From the NCBI GenBank assembly GCA_012295275.1, contig CM022672.1, forward strand, positions 35,340,001 through 35,404,000: 64,000 nt of DNA. The letters are read 5' to 3'. Under the pieces are notes generated by a model. The model was not told the origin of the DNA and made no database searches. It worked only from the letters and a program-made list of their open reading frames with translations. The translations under genes and the position numbers were made by a program. The stretch's first letter is position 1. Each line of letters begins with the position of its first letter. The stretch is from Chrysomallon squamiferum. Taxonomy: Eukaryota; Animalia; Mollusca. Below are positions 41,455-55,078 of the stretch, piece by piece.

Positions 41455-42759
41455 AAACACATGTTGTGTTTTCATCAGCGCAAGATTCACAGTAATTATG
41501 ACCAGCATTGACTGTTCTCTGTGTGGACACCTGAAAAACATTTCCCCACGTAATTATCTGACTTAGTGTTGTGAGTATCATCACAAAACCCTGACAGACA
41601 GACAGACAGACACACAGACAGACAGAATATCTCTCATTTACATTGTATTGAGCATTTATCTCAAATATTGTTTTTCAATTTTCATAGTTTTTATATCTAT
41701 CTGCACCTGTGTGTAAGAGTGCATGTGTGTGTATACATATATATATATATACACACACACACACATGCACATATACACACACGTCACATACATAGATAGA
41801 TTACATAATTATTATTGTTATTATTATTATTTTAATTATTATTATTTAATTACTATTATTACTATTATATAAGTAGAGACATAAATATATATTAATAAAC
41901 TGACACCTGATTAAATTCTTAGAATTCAGTATAATAATTTAATTTTAAAATATGATTAAGACAGAGATTATAAAGCAGAGATGAAACAGAGAGAGATTCT
42001 GTGAAAACTAATCTCTAACTTTTCTCATTTTACAAGTAGTATTTTTTTAACCCTTTTCAAGTTATGTTATTTGTTTGTTTGTACTAAAATTGTAAAACTG
42101 CAAGTATCACAGTTGTTTTGTCACAAGATGACTAACAGCATTCAGCTGTGACAGCATTTTCAAATGTACTCACTTTTACTACAGACTAACACAGAATTAC
42201 ATTAAAAAGTGTACACACACACTCACACAGACTCACAGACACAGACACACACACACACTCACAGACACAGTCACACACAAATACACTTACTCACACTTAA
42301 ATTATTAATCATCTTCCAATTTTTCTTTTTTTGATAAACATGTTTTTGTTCTACTTTTGAGCAATTTCTCTTTCAAGCTTTATCTGATTTCTTATTCTTA
42401 AATTATTTTTATTCTATAAATCACTATTTTCTAAACAATACTTTTTCTCAAACAGAACATTTTTATTTTTCAATTATATGAATATTTTTTTTTTTCATTA
42501 TTATTATTATTACTCAAACCTACAGTTTCACTGTATGTAAGTAAATATATCTGTTATTTTATTTTTAACAGACTTCTGTACAAAACAGGTTTAAACAGGA
42601 ATTTCTGGCTACAACTGTAATGGCTGCCACCTGATATGACAACAGTTATCAGACTAGGATAGTCCATTGTTACCTACCTAATTAGTGTAAATGTTACAAC
42701 AAACATAAAGATGTTATTTGATATGTAGAGGAATTAACAGATGTCTATATGATAAAAGA

Positions 42760-43255
42760 AAAATAATCATTATTGTTTTAGTAATAAATATTAAAAACAT
42801 GATCTGTGTTATCTAACTAGTGTAGTTTTCACAAGAAACAGTTTGTTTTGTTTACATCACAATTATTAACAGATAATTGCAAAATAAATGAGAATATAAA
42901 TAAAAAGAAAAGAAATCATTATTGTTTCAGTAATAAATATTAAAAATATAATCTATATTATATAATTAGTGTGGTTGTAACAAGCTAAAACAAATATATT
43001 TTCATATATCACAATTATTAACAGACAACTGCAAAAAAAAAAAAAAAAAAAAAAAAAATTAGAAAACCATTATTGTTTTAGTAATAAATATTTAAAAGTA
43101 TAATCTATATTATCTAATAGTTTATTGTAAATGCCAAAAAGAAAGATTTTGATAAATCACAATTATTAACAGAAAATTCACAACAAAAATAGGGAAACAA
43201 CAAAAGAAGAAATCATTTTTGTTTTAGTAACTAATGTTAAAACCATAATCTACAT
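42760..43255. repeat. Diverged tandem repeat, ~145-150 bp unit, 3.5 copies
   Basis: aatcattattgttttagtaataaatatt...cacaattattaacaga at ~42765, ~42914, ~43065; partial at ~43211. Confidence 0.8.
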
Positions 43256-43561
43256 TTGTTACTTAAAAAGTGACCAGACTGTGTTTTCTTGACAAACATC
43301 ACACACTCCAGGGCTGTAATGAATCTTGCTGTTTTATTTTATCAAAGACAAAGTGTGTATCAAACTATATACACTTGTCTTTTGATGTCCAGTGAGCAAT
43401 CACAGCAAACATGAACAGTATTTGTTTTCTGTTTAAATCTTACAATTACCTTTCATAATCTGTGGTGCATTTTTCACAAAACTAAACATTTTCTTCGTGT
43501 TGTTACTGTATTATTACTGTTGTTGTTGATGTTATTACACATTAAAGAATAATTTGTTTCA

Positions 43562-43606
<45 letters not shown>

Positions 43607-44034
43607 GTAATAGTAATAGTAATAGTAATAGTAATAGTAATAGTAATAATAATAAATAAATAAATAAATAAATAACTAGAAAAACCAGCCTGATGAAAAC
43701 CATTTGATAATGATGCTAAGTTTAAAATATTTGTTTTGTATTTAGCTAGCATGGCTGATGATATGAAAACATGAAATGTATCACCTGTATGCAGGTCAGT
43801 GAACTGTACATAGTAAAAATAAAAAGACTTAAAATGAACATTATTATTTGTAAATTTTGTAATCTGTATTGAAAAATAAAAAAGATTATATTGGTGTTTA
43901 AAATTTAATTTGAAAAAAGTTTTAATAACATACAAAACTGAGTTATTGAAGAAACAAACTTATACAAGTTCTTAAATAAAAAGGATCTAGATAAACATTT
44001 TTAACATATCTTGAGTATATTTTTTATTATTATT

Positions 44035-44069
<35 letters not shown>

Positions 44070-44213
44070 TTTTTTTTTTTTTTTTCGTATTCTTCTTCTT
44101 GCAGTTGAACAAACAAAAATTCCACACACGAGAAGAAAAAAGTGATTTTTATTATTTACAACATTCTCTGCTTCACTGCCATATCACACAGAGAAGCACT
44201 TTAAAAGCAATTC

Positions 44214-44411
44214 CACCTGTAAATAGACTGTTTACCTGTGCAGGTAACAACCCACTGTTTACACCTGTAATTACAAAAGTGAACGAGGTGTTACCTGGAT
44301 GCAGCGTGTGCCAGGTAAGAAAGTCTCGTGTCAAGCCAAGTTTCACACCTGCCTGTTCCTAATTGAGTTTCCTCAGGTAAGCATGATACCTGTAAGTACC
44401 TGTAACAGGTA
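44214..44411. promoter_or_regulatory. Homotypic cluster of 11 CAGGTA/CAGGTG motifs (ZEB/Zfh- or Snail-type sites)
   Basis: Hexamers on either strand start at 44214, 44233, 44241, 44262, 44292, 44312, 44346, 44374, 44387, 44397, 44406, with non-repetitive spacers. Confidence 0.55.
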
Positions 44412-44499
44412 ATTCCACCCCTCGTCACTCACTCGCTCTGTTTCACTTTACAAGAAACTCTTGTAACAGTATCAAACAGAAACTGCAAACAAACAACTT

Positions 44500-44545
<46 letters not shown>

Positions 44546-44758
44546 TACAATGCAACAGAGAGATAAAAGATACTAAAAGAAAGTATTAATTTCAATTTAG
44601 TTTTTAAAGTGAAAAAAAAAAAAAATGTAACATTATACACACATGCAGAGACATGCTACTTCACTCCACACAAATATTCAAACATAAACACACTTACATA
44701 CAAACACACAGACAAAATACACACATTTGAAATACATTCACTCACCCATATGTATGCA

Positions 44759-45279
<521 letters not shown>

Positions 45280-45448
45280 TCTTACACACAAACACACATA
45301 AACACACACACACAATGTACTGGTACACAGATACTATCAATGTACCCACATACACACACACACACAATTTAGAAAACCAGTGTTGTGTAAACTATTAAAC
45401 ACAGTGACACACAGACAAATTAACACTAGTTAACACTGTACACAAACA

Positions 45449-45511
<63 letters not shown>

Positions 45512-45678
45512 ACACAGACTCTCTTACACACAAATACATAAACAGCGACAGACAACGTACTGGTACACAGATACTACCAATGTACCCACATACAACATAC
45601 ACAATTTAGAAAATACAGTTTTGTGTAAACTATTAAACACAGTGAGTAAATTAACACTAGTTAACACTGTACACACAG
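45280..45678. repeat. Tandem duplication, ~240-bp period, separated by (CA)n
   Basis: gtactggtacacagatacta(t/c)caatgtacccacatac...tgtgtaaactattaaacacagtga...aaattaacactagttaacactgtacaca occurs twice. Confidence 0.85.
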
Positions 45679-46689
45679 TGTGTTTAATGAACCAGATTTG
45701 TAAATATCAGTTATTTACCACTTAGCAAGTGAGACTGATGTGATGTTTACTCAGCTTTCATAACATCGTCCTCCTTGTATACACTTATAAACATTTGAAA
45801 ATATAGTAACATTTGACAAAGAACACTCTCAATACATATTACAATTGTTATTATTAATATAACTAGCATTATTATTATTATTATTATTTATAAGTTAAGA
45901 AAATACATAAATAAATAAAAGATAGACTGATATCGCATTACGAGTGTACAAATTTACTCTAAAGGTAATTTTTTTTATATTTATGTATGTTTTAAAGCTT
46001 TGTTCTCCTGTGTAATAATGTCACAAATTAAGTGTTAAAGCATGGCACAGTTTGAATCTTTTCAAAGTTTTTTTTTAATTTAATTTAATAATTTTTTTTA
46101 TTATTTTTTTTTTATCACCTGCTTCAGGAAATAACTTTATTACCTTTATATTCACAGGTGAACAGGTATCAGCTTAATTACATTTTTTTTTAAATTATAA
46201 AAATATATTTCTCACATTCAAATTTTGAAAAAAAAAAAAAAAGCTCCTTCTTTGTATTTTATTTATGTCTATGAATAATATTAATAAAAAAAAATGATTT
46301 TGTTTCTTGTAAAATATTTAAACAGAACTGAAACAAAAGTGTTTAATTTATTACTAAATCACAGATTAATTACAATACCAAAAATTACAACCTCATATAA
46401 ATTAAAATCTCTCTTCTAAGTAGCTATATTACTTTCTTTTTTTTTTTTTTTTTTTTTAAAGCAATATTTCTTTCTTCATATTTTTATTTTTTTTTTTTGA
46501 AGCAATATAAAAATGAAGTTTTCAAAATGATTTATGATTATGTTGTCTCTCTCAGCAGTGTGTGTAACCAGACAGAAAACATTTCAATACAAATGCAAAT
46601 ATCAAACTGCGGCTTGAGACCCTGCACGCGTTTTCCCTCCAATGAGGAAAGCTTTCTACAGTCATTAGGTATTGCTGAGGAAACTTGAG

Positions 46690-46840
46690 GCCTGTTGCCA
46701 GCTGGCTCCGCCCACTTGCCGGGCTGAGCTCGCTGATTGGCTGGTTTGATTGAACTGACAGTGGGTCACATCTCTTTGTAAAGGGAGTTGGTCTCATTCA
46801 CTGAGTTCAGCCCAGCAGTAACGGTTTTTAGATCAGTTTT
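46690..46840 (+). promoter_or_regulatory. Core promoter of the plus-strand nested gene
   Basis: Local CpG retention, GC box CCGCCC 46708-46713, reverse CCAAT box ctgATTGGct 46733-46742, TGATTGAACTGACAG (PBX/MEIS-like) ~46747-46761, Inr-like TCATTC 46794-46799 and TCAGTT 46833-46838, then ~340 nt of non-repetitive leader before a strong ATG. Confidence 0.6.
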
Positions 46841-47134
46841 CTCTAAATGCACAAAGTTGATTCTTCTTCACTGCAACATCGCTGTTCCAACTTGTAGAAA
46901 GGCTGACTGTGTAGCTGTAGCTGAGCCAGGACACTGCAGTGACAAACTGCACAAAGTTGATATCTCAAGTGGTCTTCTGGCCTAGAAAACTTTGATTACA
47001 CTGCTGCCATATATCTGCGTGACTGAGAGGAGTGTCAACTCCAACATCGGCTACAACAGCATCGTGGTGCACCTACCAGACACTTCAACAACAGGACTGC
47101 TGCTGCTGAGGATGTCACAGTGAGACAAAACGTC

Positions 47135-47194
47135 ATGGAATGCACTGTCCTGTTCTTTCTCACACTAGCTGTGCTGTGTGTTGCTGGGGAACAC
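47135..47194 (+). CDS. First coding exon of an unidentified secreted/membrane protein (signal peptide MECTVLFFLTLAVLCVAGEH), phase 0
   Basis: Strong Kozak context gtcATGG, hydrophobic core VLFFLTLAVLCV, small residues V-A-G before EH (plausible cleavage site), immediately followed by the consensus donor GTGAGT at 47195; promoter elements upstream. The family cannot be named from 20 aa. Confidence 0.65.
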
Positions 47195-47444
47195 GTGAGT
47201 TAAACTTTTTATCTGTTTGTACGTCTGTCTGTCTGTCTTATCTCCCAAAACCATCAAAGCAAGAAAAATCCTTTAGTGTGTGGTTAGACTGATATCACTG
47301 CACCAGGACCTCAAACTGCCTCAGCCTGCAGAAGTTACATTTCTTACTTTTATTACTTACTGTCAGTTTTCACAGATAAACTCTCCACATTTAAATTATG
47401 TTTAGAAGTTTTCTTTATTTAGTTTCTCTGTTTAACTAGCCATT

Positions 47445-47612
47445 ATAAATTATAAATATAAATTATGTCAATAACATATTGATATTTATAAATATAAATT
47501 ATATCAATAAACTATTGATATTTATAAATATAAACTATATCAATAAAATATTTATATTATAAATATAAATTCTATCAATAAACATATTGATATTTATAAA
47601 TATAAATTCTAA
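47445..47612. repeat. AT-rich minisatellite, ~36-bp unit, 4-5 copies
   Basis: ttataaatataaatt(a/c)tatcaataa...attgata. Confidence 0.85.
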
Positions 47613-48064
47613 AAATACAGTGACAAACTTCAAAAGAGATATTAATGAAATAGGAGTAAAATATTTTTAACTGTTCTAATGTCCTCTCATTTACTATAAA
47701 TTACTTTTATTAGTGTCACTGTTTTACATTAGTTAACTATCCATTATTAAAATTATATCAGTTTCAAACAAAGCAGGTATTATAAAAGCAAGAATTAAAT
47801 TGTTTTAACAATGACATCATCTCCTTTGTTGTAATTAACTCAAATTACTCTTAGTAATGTTGCTATTTTTAATGACTGAACTAATCACTATTAATAACAA
47901 ACTGTGTATCAGCTTACAAACGAAGTGACAAAGCTAAAAACGTGATTTAATAGAATGGGAATTGAAACATCAAGCACGCAACAACAAGGTTACTGTTAAG
48001 TGTTGTGTGATTGTTTTAACTGATGAGTCACTCAAGATTAACAGACAGGAACAAGAAAGACATT

Positions 48065-49500
48065 TGTGAGAGAAGTATGTGAGAGAAGTATGTGTGAGAT
48101 GTATGTGTGAGATGTATGTGTGAGATGTATGTGTGAGATGTATGTGAGAGCAGTATGTGTGAGATGTATGTATGAGTGAGAAGTATGTGTGAGATGTATG
48201 TGTGAGTGAGAAGTATGTGTAAGATATATGTGTGAGATGTATGTGTGAGTGAGATGTATGTGTGAGTGAGAAGTATGTGTGAGATGTATATGTGAGAGAA
48301 GTATGTGTGAGATGTATGTGTGAGAAGTATGTGTGAGAGAAGTATGTGAGAGAAGTATGTGAGAGAGAAGTGTGTGAGATGTATGTGTGAGAAGTATGTG
48401 AGAGAAGTATGTGAGAGATGTATGTGTGAGAAGTATGTGTGAGAAGTATGTGTGAGATGTATATGTGAGATGTATGTGTCAGAAGTATGTGTCAGAAGTA
48501 TGTGAGAAGTATGTGTGAGATGTATGTGTGAGAAGTATCTGAGAAGTATGTGTGAGAAGTATCTGAGAAGTATGTGTGAGATGTATGTGAGAGAAGTATG
48601 TGAGAGAGAAGTATGTGTGAGATGTATGTGTGAGAAGTATGTGTGAGAGAAGTATGTGAGAGAAGTATGTGAGATGTATGTGTGAGAAGTATGTGAGAGA
48701 AGTATGTGAGAGATGTATGTGTGAGAAGAATGTGTGAGAAGTATGTGTGAGATGTATCTGTGAGATGTGTCAGAAGTATGTGTGAGAAGTATGTGTGAGA
48801 TGTATGTGTGAGAAGTATCTGAGAAGTATGTGTGAGATGTATGTGTGAGAAGTATCTGAGAAGTATGTGTGAGATGTATGTGAGAGAAGTATGTGAGAGA
48901 GATGTATGTGTGAGAAGTATGTGAGAGAAATATGTGAGAGATGTATGTGTGAGATGTATGTGTGAGATGTATGTGAGAGAAGTATGTGAGAGAAATATGT
49001 GTGAGAAGTATGTGTGAGATGTATGTGTGAGAGAAGTATGTGAGAGAGAAGTATGTGTGAGAAATATGTGTGAGAAGTATGTGTGAGAAGTGTGTGAGAG
49101 AAGTATGTGTGAGAAGTATGTGTGAGATGTATGTGTGAGAAGTATGTGAGAGAGAATTATGTGTGAGAAGTATGTGAGAGAGAAGTATGTGTGAGAAGTA
49201 TGTGAGAGAGAAGTATGTGTGAGAAGTATGTGAGAGAAGTATGTGAGAGATGTATGTGTGAGATGTATGTGTGAGAGATGTATGTGAGAGAAGTATGTGA
49301 GAGAAGTATGTGTGAGAAGTATGTGTGAGAAGTATGTGAGAGAGAAGTATGTGTGAGAAGTATGTGTGAGATGTATGTGTGAGATGTATGTGTGAGAAGT
49401 ATGTGAGAGAGAAGTATGTGTGAGAAGTATGTGTGAGAAGTATGTGTGAGAAGTGTGTGAGAGATAAGTATGTGTGAGATGTATGTGTGTGTGTGTGAGA
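48065..49500. repeat. ~1.4 kb minisatellite, ~13-bp unit gaga(a/t)gtatgtg(t)
   Basis: Direct reading; first intron of the nested gene. Confidence 0.95.
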
Positions 49501-51144
49501 TGTGTTTATGTGTGTGAAGTATGTGTGTGTTCTTGGTGTGTTTATGTGGTGTGATGTATGTGTGATGTGTGGTGTGTTTGTGTGGTGTATGTGTGTGTTC
49601 TTGGATGTTTATGTGTGTGTATGTGTGTGTTCTTGGTGTGTTTATGTGGTTTAATGTGTGTGTGACTGCTTTGTTACTTATTTGTGCTTATCCTTGTGTG
49701 TTTTGTGTCACTGTGTATCCTACAATGTATTCAGTACTTAGTAACAATTACAACTCATCTGCCAGTAATCCCAAAATCTGTCTGTCTGTCTGTCTGTCTG
49801 TGTGTGTGTGTGCAGTAAGAAATAGAATATATTCTAATTCACAAAGAAAATCGTTTTAAATGTTTATTAGTGAGTATTTTCTAACCTAAAACATTAATGT
49901 CACAGAGTTCACACACTATGTAAAGGTCAAAATAAATAATTGTGTCATTTTCATACCCTTCTACCAGCAAGTGTCACATGCAGTGAGCATATGTCATCAT
50001 CATTACTTTTGAGAAGGCAACTACACCAGAAAAAACCCACAAAAAGCCCAAACCCAAATCATTCAAAATGTGAGAAGTAAAACAAAAACATCAAACAGTT
50101 CTGATTAATATCCCCATTATCAGAGAGTCCAAAAAGTCACTACAGACTGACTGTGTCCAGGCACTAAATTGTATACAATTCAATTTATCTGTACGCTCTA
50201 GTTATTTTCTCTCTCTCTCGCCTGCCATTCAGTGTGAGTTGAAACTCAGTGAGGTAAATCTGTTCATATGGGCGCTAGTGAAAATTGCTTGCATTCCTCT
50301 TCATTGAAACGTCGAAGCAAGCCTGCGTGTACCAGTGACCCCACCTATCATTTATGCAACACAAACGCCCGGCACTTCTCAACAAACGACAGACGTGTGT
50401 GTTTGTGCTCGGCTCGTGTGTCGTCTACAGACGCATGCAGCTCAATTCACGGAGACTTTCTGAGCGCGTGCTCAGTCCCAGCTCAGAGCCGAGGTCGCAG
50501 AACACAAACTGTGTGTCGTTTGTAGTGAACATATTTTAATGTGAGCTTGTAGTGAATGTAGTTTAGTGTCGGCTCATGCTAAATATATTTTAATGTGGCC
50601 TAAATAGTTTAGTTTAGAATTACAACCAAGCCAAACTATGTAGATGTAGGACAAAAAACAGTTTGACAGTTAAATGTAGCAGGCTGTATAACGTGTTTCT
50701 ATACCTAGGCGCTGTATGAAGTGTGTCAAGCTGAAAACAGACGTAGTAGATAGGTTTAAATGAGCAGCTTTGGTTGCCTGTCTTGAAATGTCTGGTGCTT
50801 ATGTACTCTGCTCAGTCTGTACAGAAGTGTCTCCAGCATGAAACCAGTCTATCAGTCTGTCTCTGCTGCTAAACACTGACTTAAAGCTAGGTAAAGACAG
50901 TTTATCAGTTTGTCTCTGCTGCTAAACACTGACTTAAAGCTAGGTAAAGACAGCTTATTAGTAAATACAGTTTAATGTAGCAAAGGGAATCTTTTTCATC
51001 TGTGTAATGTTTCTACTTTGAAATCCACAGTGACAATGTGATTAAAATAAAGATCTGACATCACAGAATCCTGTTTTTCTGAGATAACAAAAATTAAAAA
51101 GGTATTTAAAATTTAAAAAAAAAACAGTTATAAACTGTGGGTTT

Positions 51145-51310
51145 AGCTAAATGACTGAGTTACATTGTTCTCGTGTATTGCTATGTATTGTTATCTCTAG
51201 CTAAATGACTGGGTTACATCATTCTGGTGTATTGCTATGTATTGTTATCTCTACCTAAATGACTGGGTTACATCTGTTCTCGTGTATTGCTATGTATTGT
51301 TATCTCTACC
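51145..51310. repeat. Tandem repeat, ~55-bp unit x3
   Basis: ctaaatgactg(a/g)gttacat...gtgtattgctatgtattgttatctcta. Confidence 0.9.
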
Positions 51311-52902
51311 TGATCCACTTTGTGTTTACACCAATGTGGCTCTCAGTCTTCCAAACAACAAGTCACAGGATCAGTATTTCTTTTGTGTAACCATTACAGT
51401 ATTTCCCAATCTAACCATTACTCAAAAACTAATACAGAAAGCCTGTGATGATGTATAAGTTATAAGAACAGAATTGAAATAATTAACACTGATATGTCAA
51501 ACACCTTTTAACAGTTAACATTAAAATTACAAATATTTATTACAACTTTTAAAATATTAACACAAAACATTCACTGATAACAAATAACGTTACTATCAGA
51601 GAGGACAAGATAAACACACACAGTTCTGCACTGCACTGTGTGAACTGTTTATTCAGAGAAACTGGGCTACAATACGAGAATCATTTACTCCACAGCCAGG
51701 TAAGTTTTTAAAACCCAGTCAACCATGATCTCTTCATCTTGTTTCACTGAATAAAACTCAATACTTAATTTTATTAACCAGACCAGTGCTCCTCATCAAC
51801 AACACATTTACAATCTGCGAACATTCGTAATGGAAATAAAAGAATATTAAAATGACGTTAGGTTCATTAATGTTTGCTTCGTGGATGATATAGGTATTTT
51901 ATTAAGCGAATTTATCTAACTGAAATTGACAGCTGTGATTTCTAAAAGAAGTTTTATTTGTCTGGTGTAAATTATCATAACTGAAGCAACTTTTTTTATG
52001 TCACAAGACTGAAACATAAATCAAGTGCTTACAAAGTAACCTATTCTTCATATATCATATTCATTTTTATTTTATTTTGTTGTATTATTTATTTATTTAA
52101 ATTATTTTCATTGAGATAGATATAGATATATCTGTACATAAAAACCTGTACATTTGTGAACATACGTGTTATGTAGTTGTGCGTGTGTGTGTGCATGTGT
52201 GTGCATGTATGTATGTGTGTGAATACACACACCAGTGTCACAAACCTTTGTAACAAATGTTACAACATGCACAATGTTATCACACACTGTTAAACTGTTG
52301 TTTACTGCGTGAGAAGTTTGTCTTCAAAGAGACACTTGACAGACTGCGCTGACTTCAGACAAAGCAGAGAAGTGAGATAGGAGACTCAGGTAAAAGACGG
52401 TCAGGTTTGATATCAAAACACCTGAAACACAACACCTGTAATCGGACAGTGTAATAAAGTACACACCTGACTTGAATAACAAATTAATTATTTGCTTTAT
52501 GCTAAACCTCTTTGTCTTCTCATGTCCTGTTTCTCTTCTGTTTTTTTCTTTGTATACCAAATGACTTTTAGTTCTTTTTATCTCTCAGTATGTTATTCTT
52601 AACCCACGATATTTAGTTTCAAATATTTTCTTACAAGATAAATAATTATCCGAACAGACACACACACACACACACACACACGTATGTACGCATGTATCAT
52701 GTATGCATGTTTCAAAATATATTTCAATCACTTCAAATCGAATCTTGTGATCATTTTTGATGTGTTTCTGCGTACATATTAGACTGAATTTCTTTATGCA
52801 TGACTGCACTTCTATGTCAAGAAGAAAAAACAAATTTAAATTTCTAAGACCAGATGTGTACAAGTTTAAAGAGAAAATAAAAGGAGGAACAAGTCCATTG
52901 TG

Positions 52903-53008
52903 TGAGAGTAAGTCTGCGTGGGTAAGTTACGAGAGTGGGTGTAAGTCTGTGTGGTTAAGTTACGAGAGTGGGTGTAAGCCTGTGTGGTTAAGTTACGAGA
53001 GTGGGTGG
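52903..53008. repeat. Tandem repeat, 33-bp unit x3
   Basis: gtaag(t/c)ctg(c/t)gtgg(g/t)taagttacgagagtgggt. Confidence 0.9.
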
Positions 53009-55031
53009 TTCCAGCAACATCACACTGCTGCAACGTCTACACCCGACTCGGACACTGTTACACCCACAGCAGCATCGTCTAATCCCTCTCGCATTGTTGC
53101 CGATGATCGTTGCAGTGGTCATTTTGTTTAATAATGACTCGCAGTCCCAGGCTGAATACAATGTTGCAGACGTGCATGTACAGACAGACAGACTGGCAAT
53201 CACTGGATTAGCAGCAGACAGCAGGCTTGTGACTTTTCTTTTGTTTGGCTTCCACCACAGGGATACTCTGATGATGGAGTCAGTGTGAAGTGAGAGAACA
53301 AGATGAACTCGTACTGGACAAACGTGACACTCACAAAACGTGGATTACCTTGGAGATGATTTTTTTCAAGTCTCTGCGTTTATGGTGAATTCAGTTTTGG
53401 TATCAAATTGGCAATGTTTTCACCAAAAAATGATTTTAAGTGTGTTTGATAATAAATCAAAGAAAAAAAAAAGAAATAAGAAAAGGAAGAAGACGATATG
53501 ATTAAGAATGAAAGAAAGATAGTATGAAGACTGCTCAGAGCTTTATGTTTTGGGGAGAATCAGAGAAAGTGAGAGTAAGTCAAATATATAAACAGAAAGA
53601 AAGAGAAAGAAAGACAGATAGAACAATAGAGAGAGACAGAGAAACTGAACACAATGCTATAACAAGTACAAACATTTACACAATATATTACTCTAGGATT
53701 AAAATAACAAACAAATCTGTTTGTATTATTTATCTAAACAAATCAAAATACACTACAAGCAATAATATTTTTATTTTTATTTTATTTTATATTTGTTATT
53801 TTTACTGAAATGCTATCAGCATGTTGTTGTTTTTTTTTTTTTTTTTTTTTTTCATAAACAAGATTTATGTCACTTGTCAGCTTGTCAGCAGTTGTTTTTA
53901 TTTCATTTCTGTTTATTTTCTTTTTTATTATTATTATATTTTTATTTTTATAGTTTTTTAAATATTAAATAAATTAATAAAAAGCAGGCAAATAAGTAAA
54001 TAAATAAATTAAATATACAAATAACATAATTAAATAAAAATAAAAGAATTTATTGTTAGTAAAGTGTATATTCAGTAATACAGTATTTCTGATTTATGGA
54101 AAAGCACAACTGTGCATTGTAATATACTGAATATAAAACTCTTTTTTTAACATCACAAAAATAAACACACTGTGACAAACTACATCAATATCATAAATAT
54201 AGATGTAAAACCAGCACTGATGTCTGAACTAGGCTAGAAGTAAACTCTCTTGTGTGTCTGTGTGTGTGTGTTTGAAATCACATTAAATCTGAACTTGTAG
54301 CACTTTTCTTCAATTAAAAATAAAACTTGACAATCAGGTGCTGTTTGATTTCAGTATTAAATCTTATCTGATTGAAAGATGAATTTCTATTTTCTGATAC
54401 TGAAATATCTGAGTGAACTGTGAATAAACAGGTGTTAAAAAGATAACTGTATGCAAATATTTATTTCATGGGATACTTGTGTTTGTGTAAGTTTCTGCAA
54501 GTTTCTCTATGAAACGAAATACAAAGTAGGTATACAAAGTATACATACAAAGTATACATTTCTATTCTTACTTGATCTAACTGAATAAACACATACATTT
54601 AAAGAGATCCTCTTTGAAGTAAAAATTTAAATTTAAATAAATTAATATTCATATCGTGTAAAAAGTGCATCCTTTGTCTGTGCAGATTTCCTGATAGCAG
54701 TAAAAATGTGATGTTGTTGTGGTAGATGTAAGTTGATGAATATTCATGAGGCAGTGTGATGGTTTTACAGCTGAGTGGGGGAAAATCCCCCCTCCACTGA
54801 CCACACACCTGCAATTAAAGTTCAGGTGTAAAGTTATAAAGTGAAAGTAATGTGTTGTTTTAACTGTGAAATACTTTCAAATTCTCTCATGTATCAGAAT
54901 TATTTCTTTATCATAAAACATATGGAAAAAAAACACATTTTGATTAAAGTGAGTAATAAATTATAAATTCAGAAACCATTTAAAACACACATGAACATAC
55001 TTAGTCAGTATCATACACACACATGCATGCA

Positions 55032-55078
<47 letters not shown>

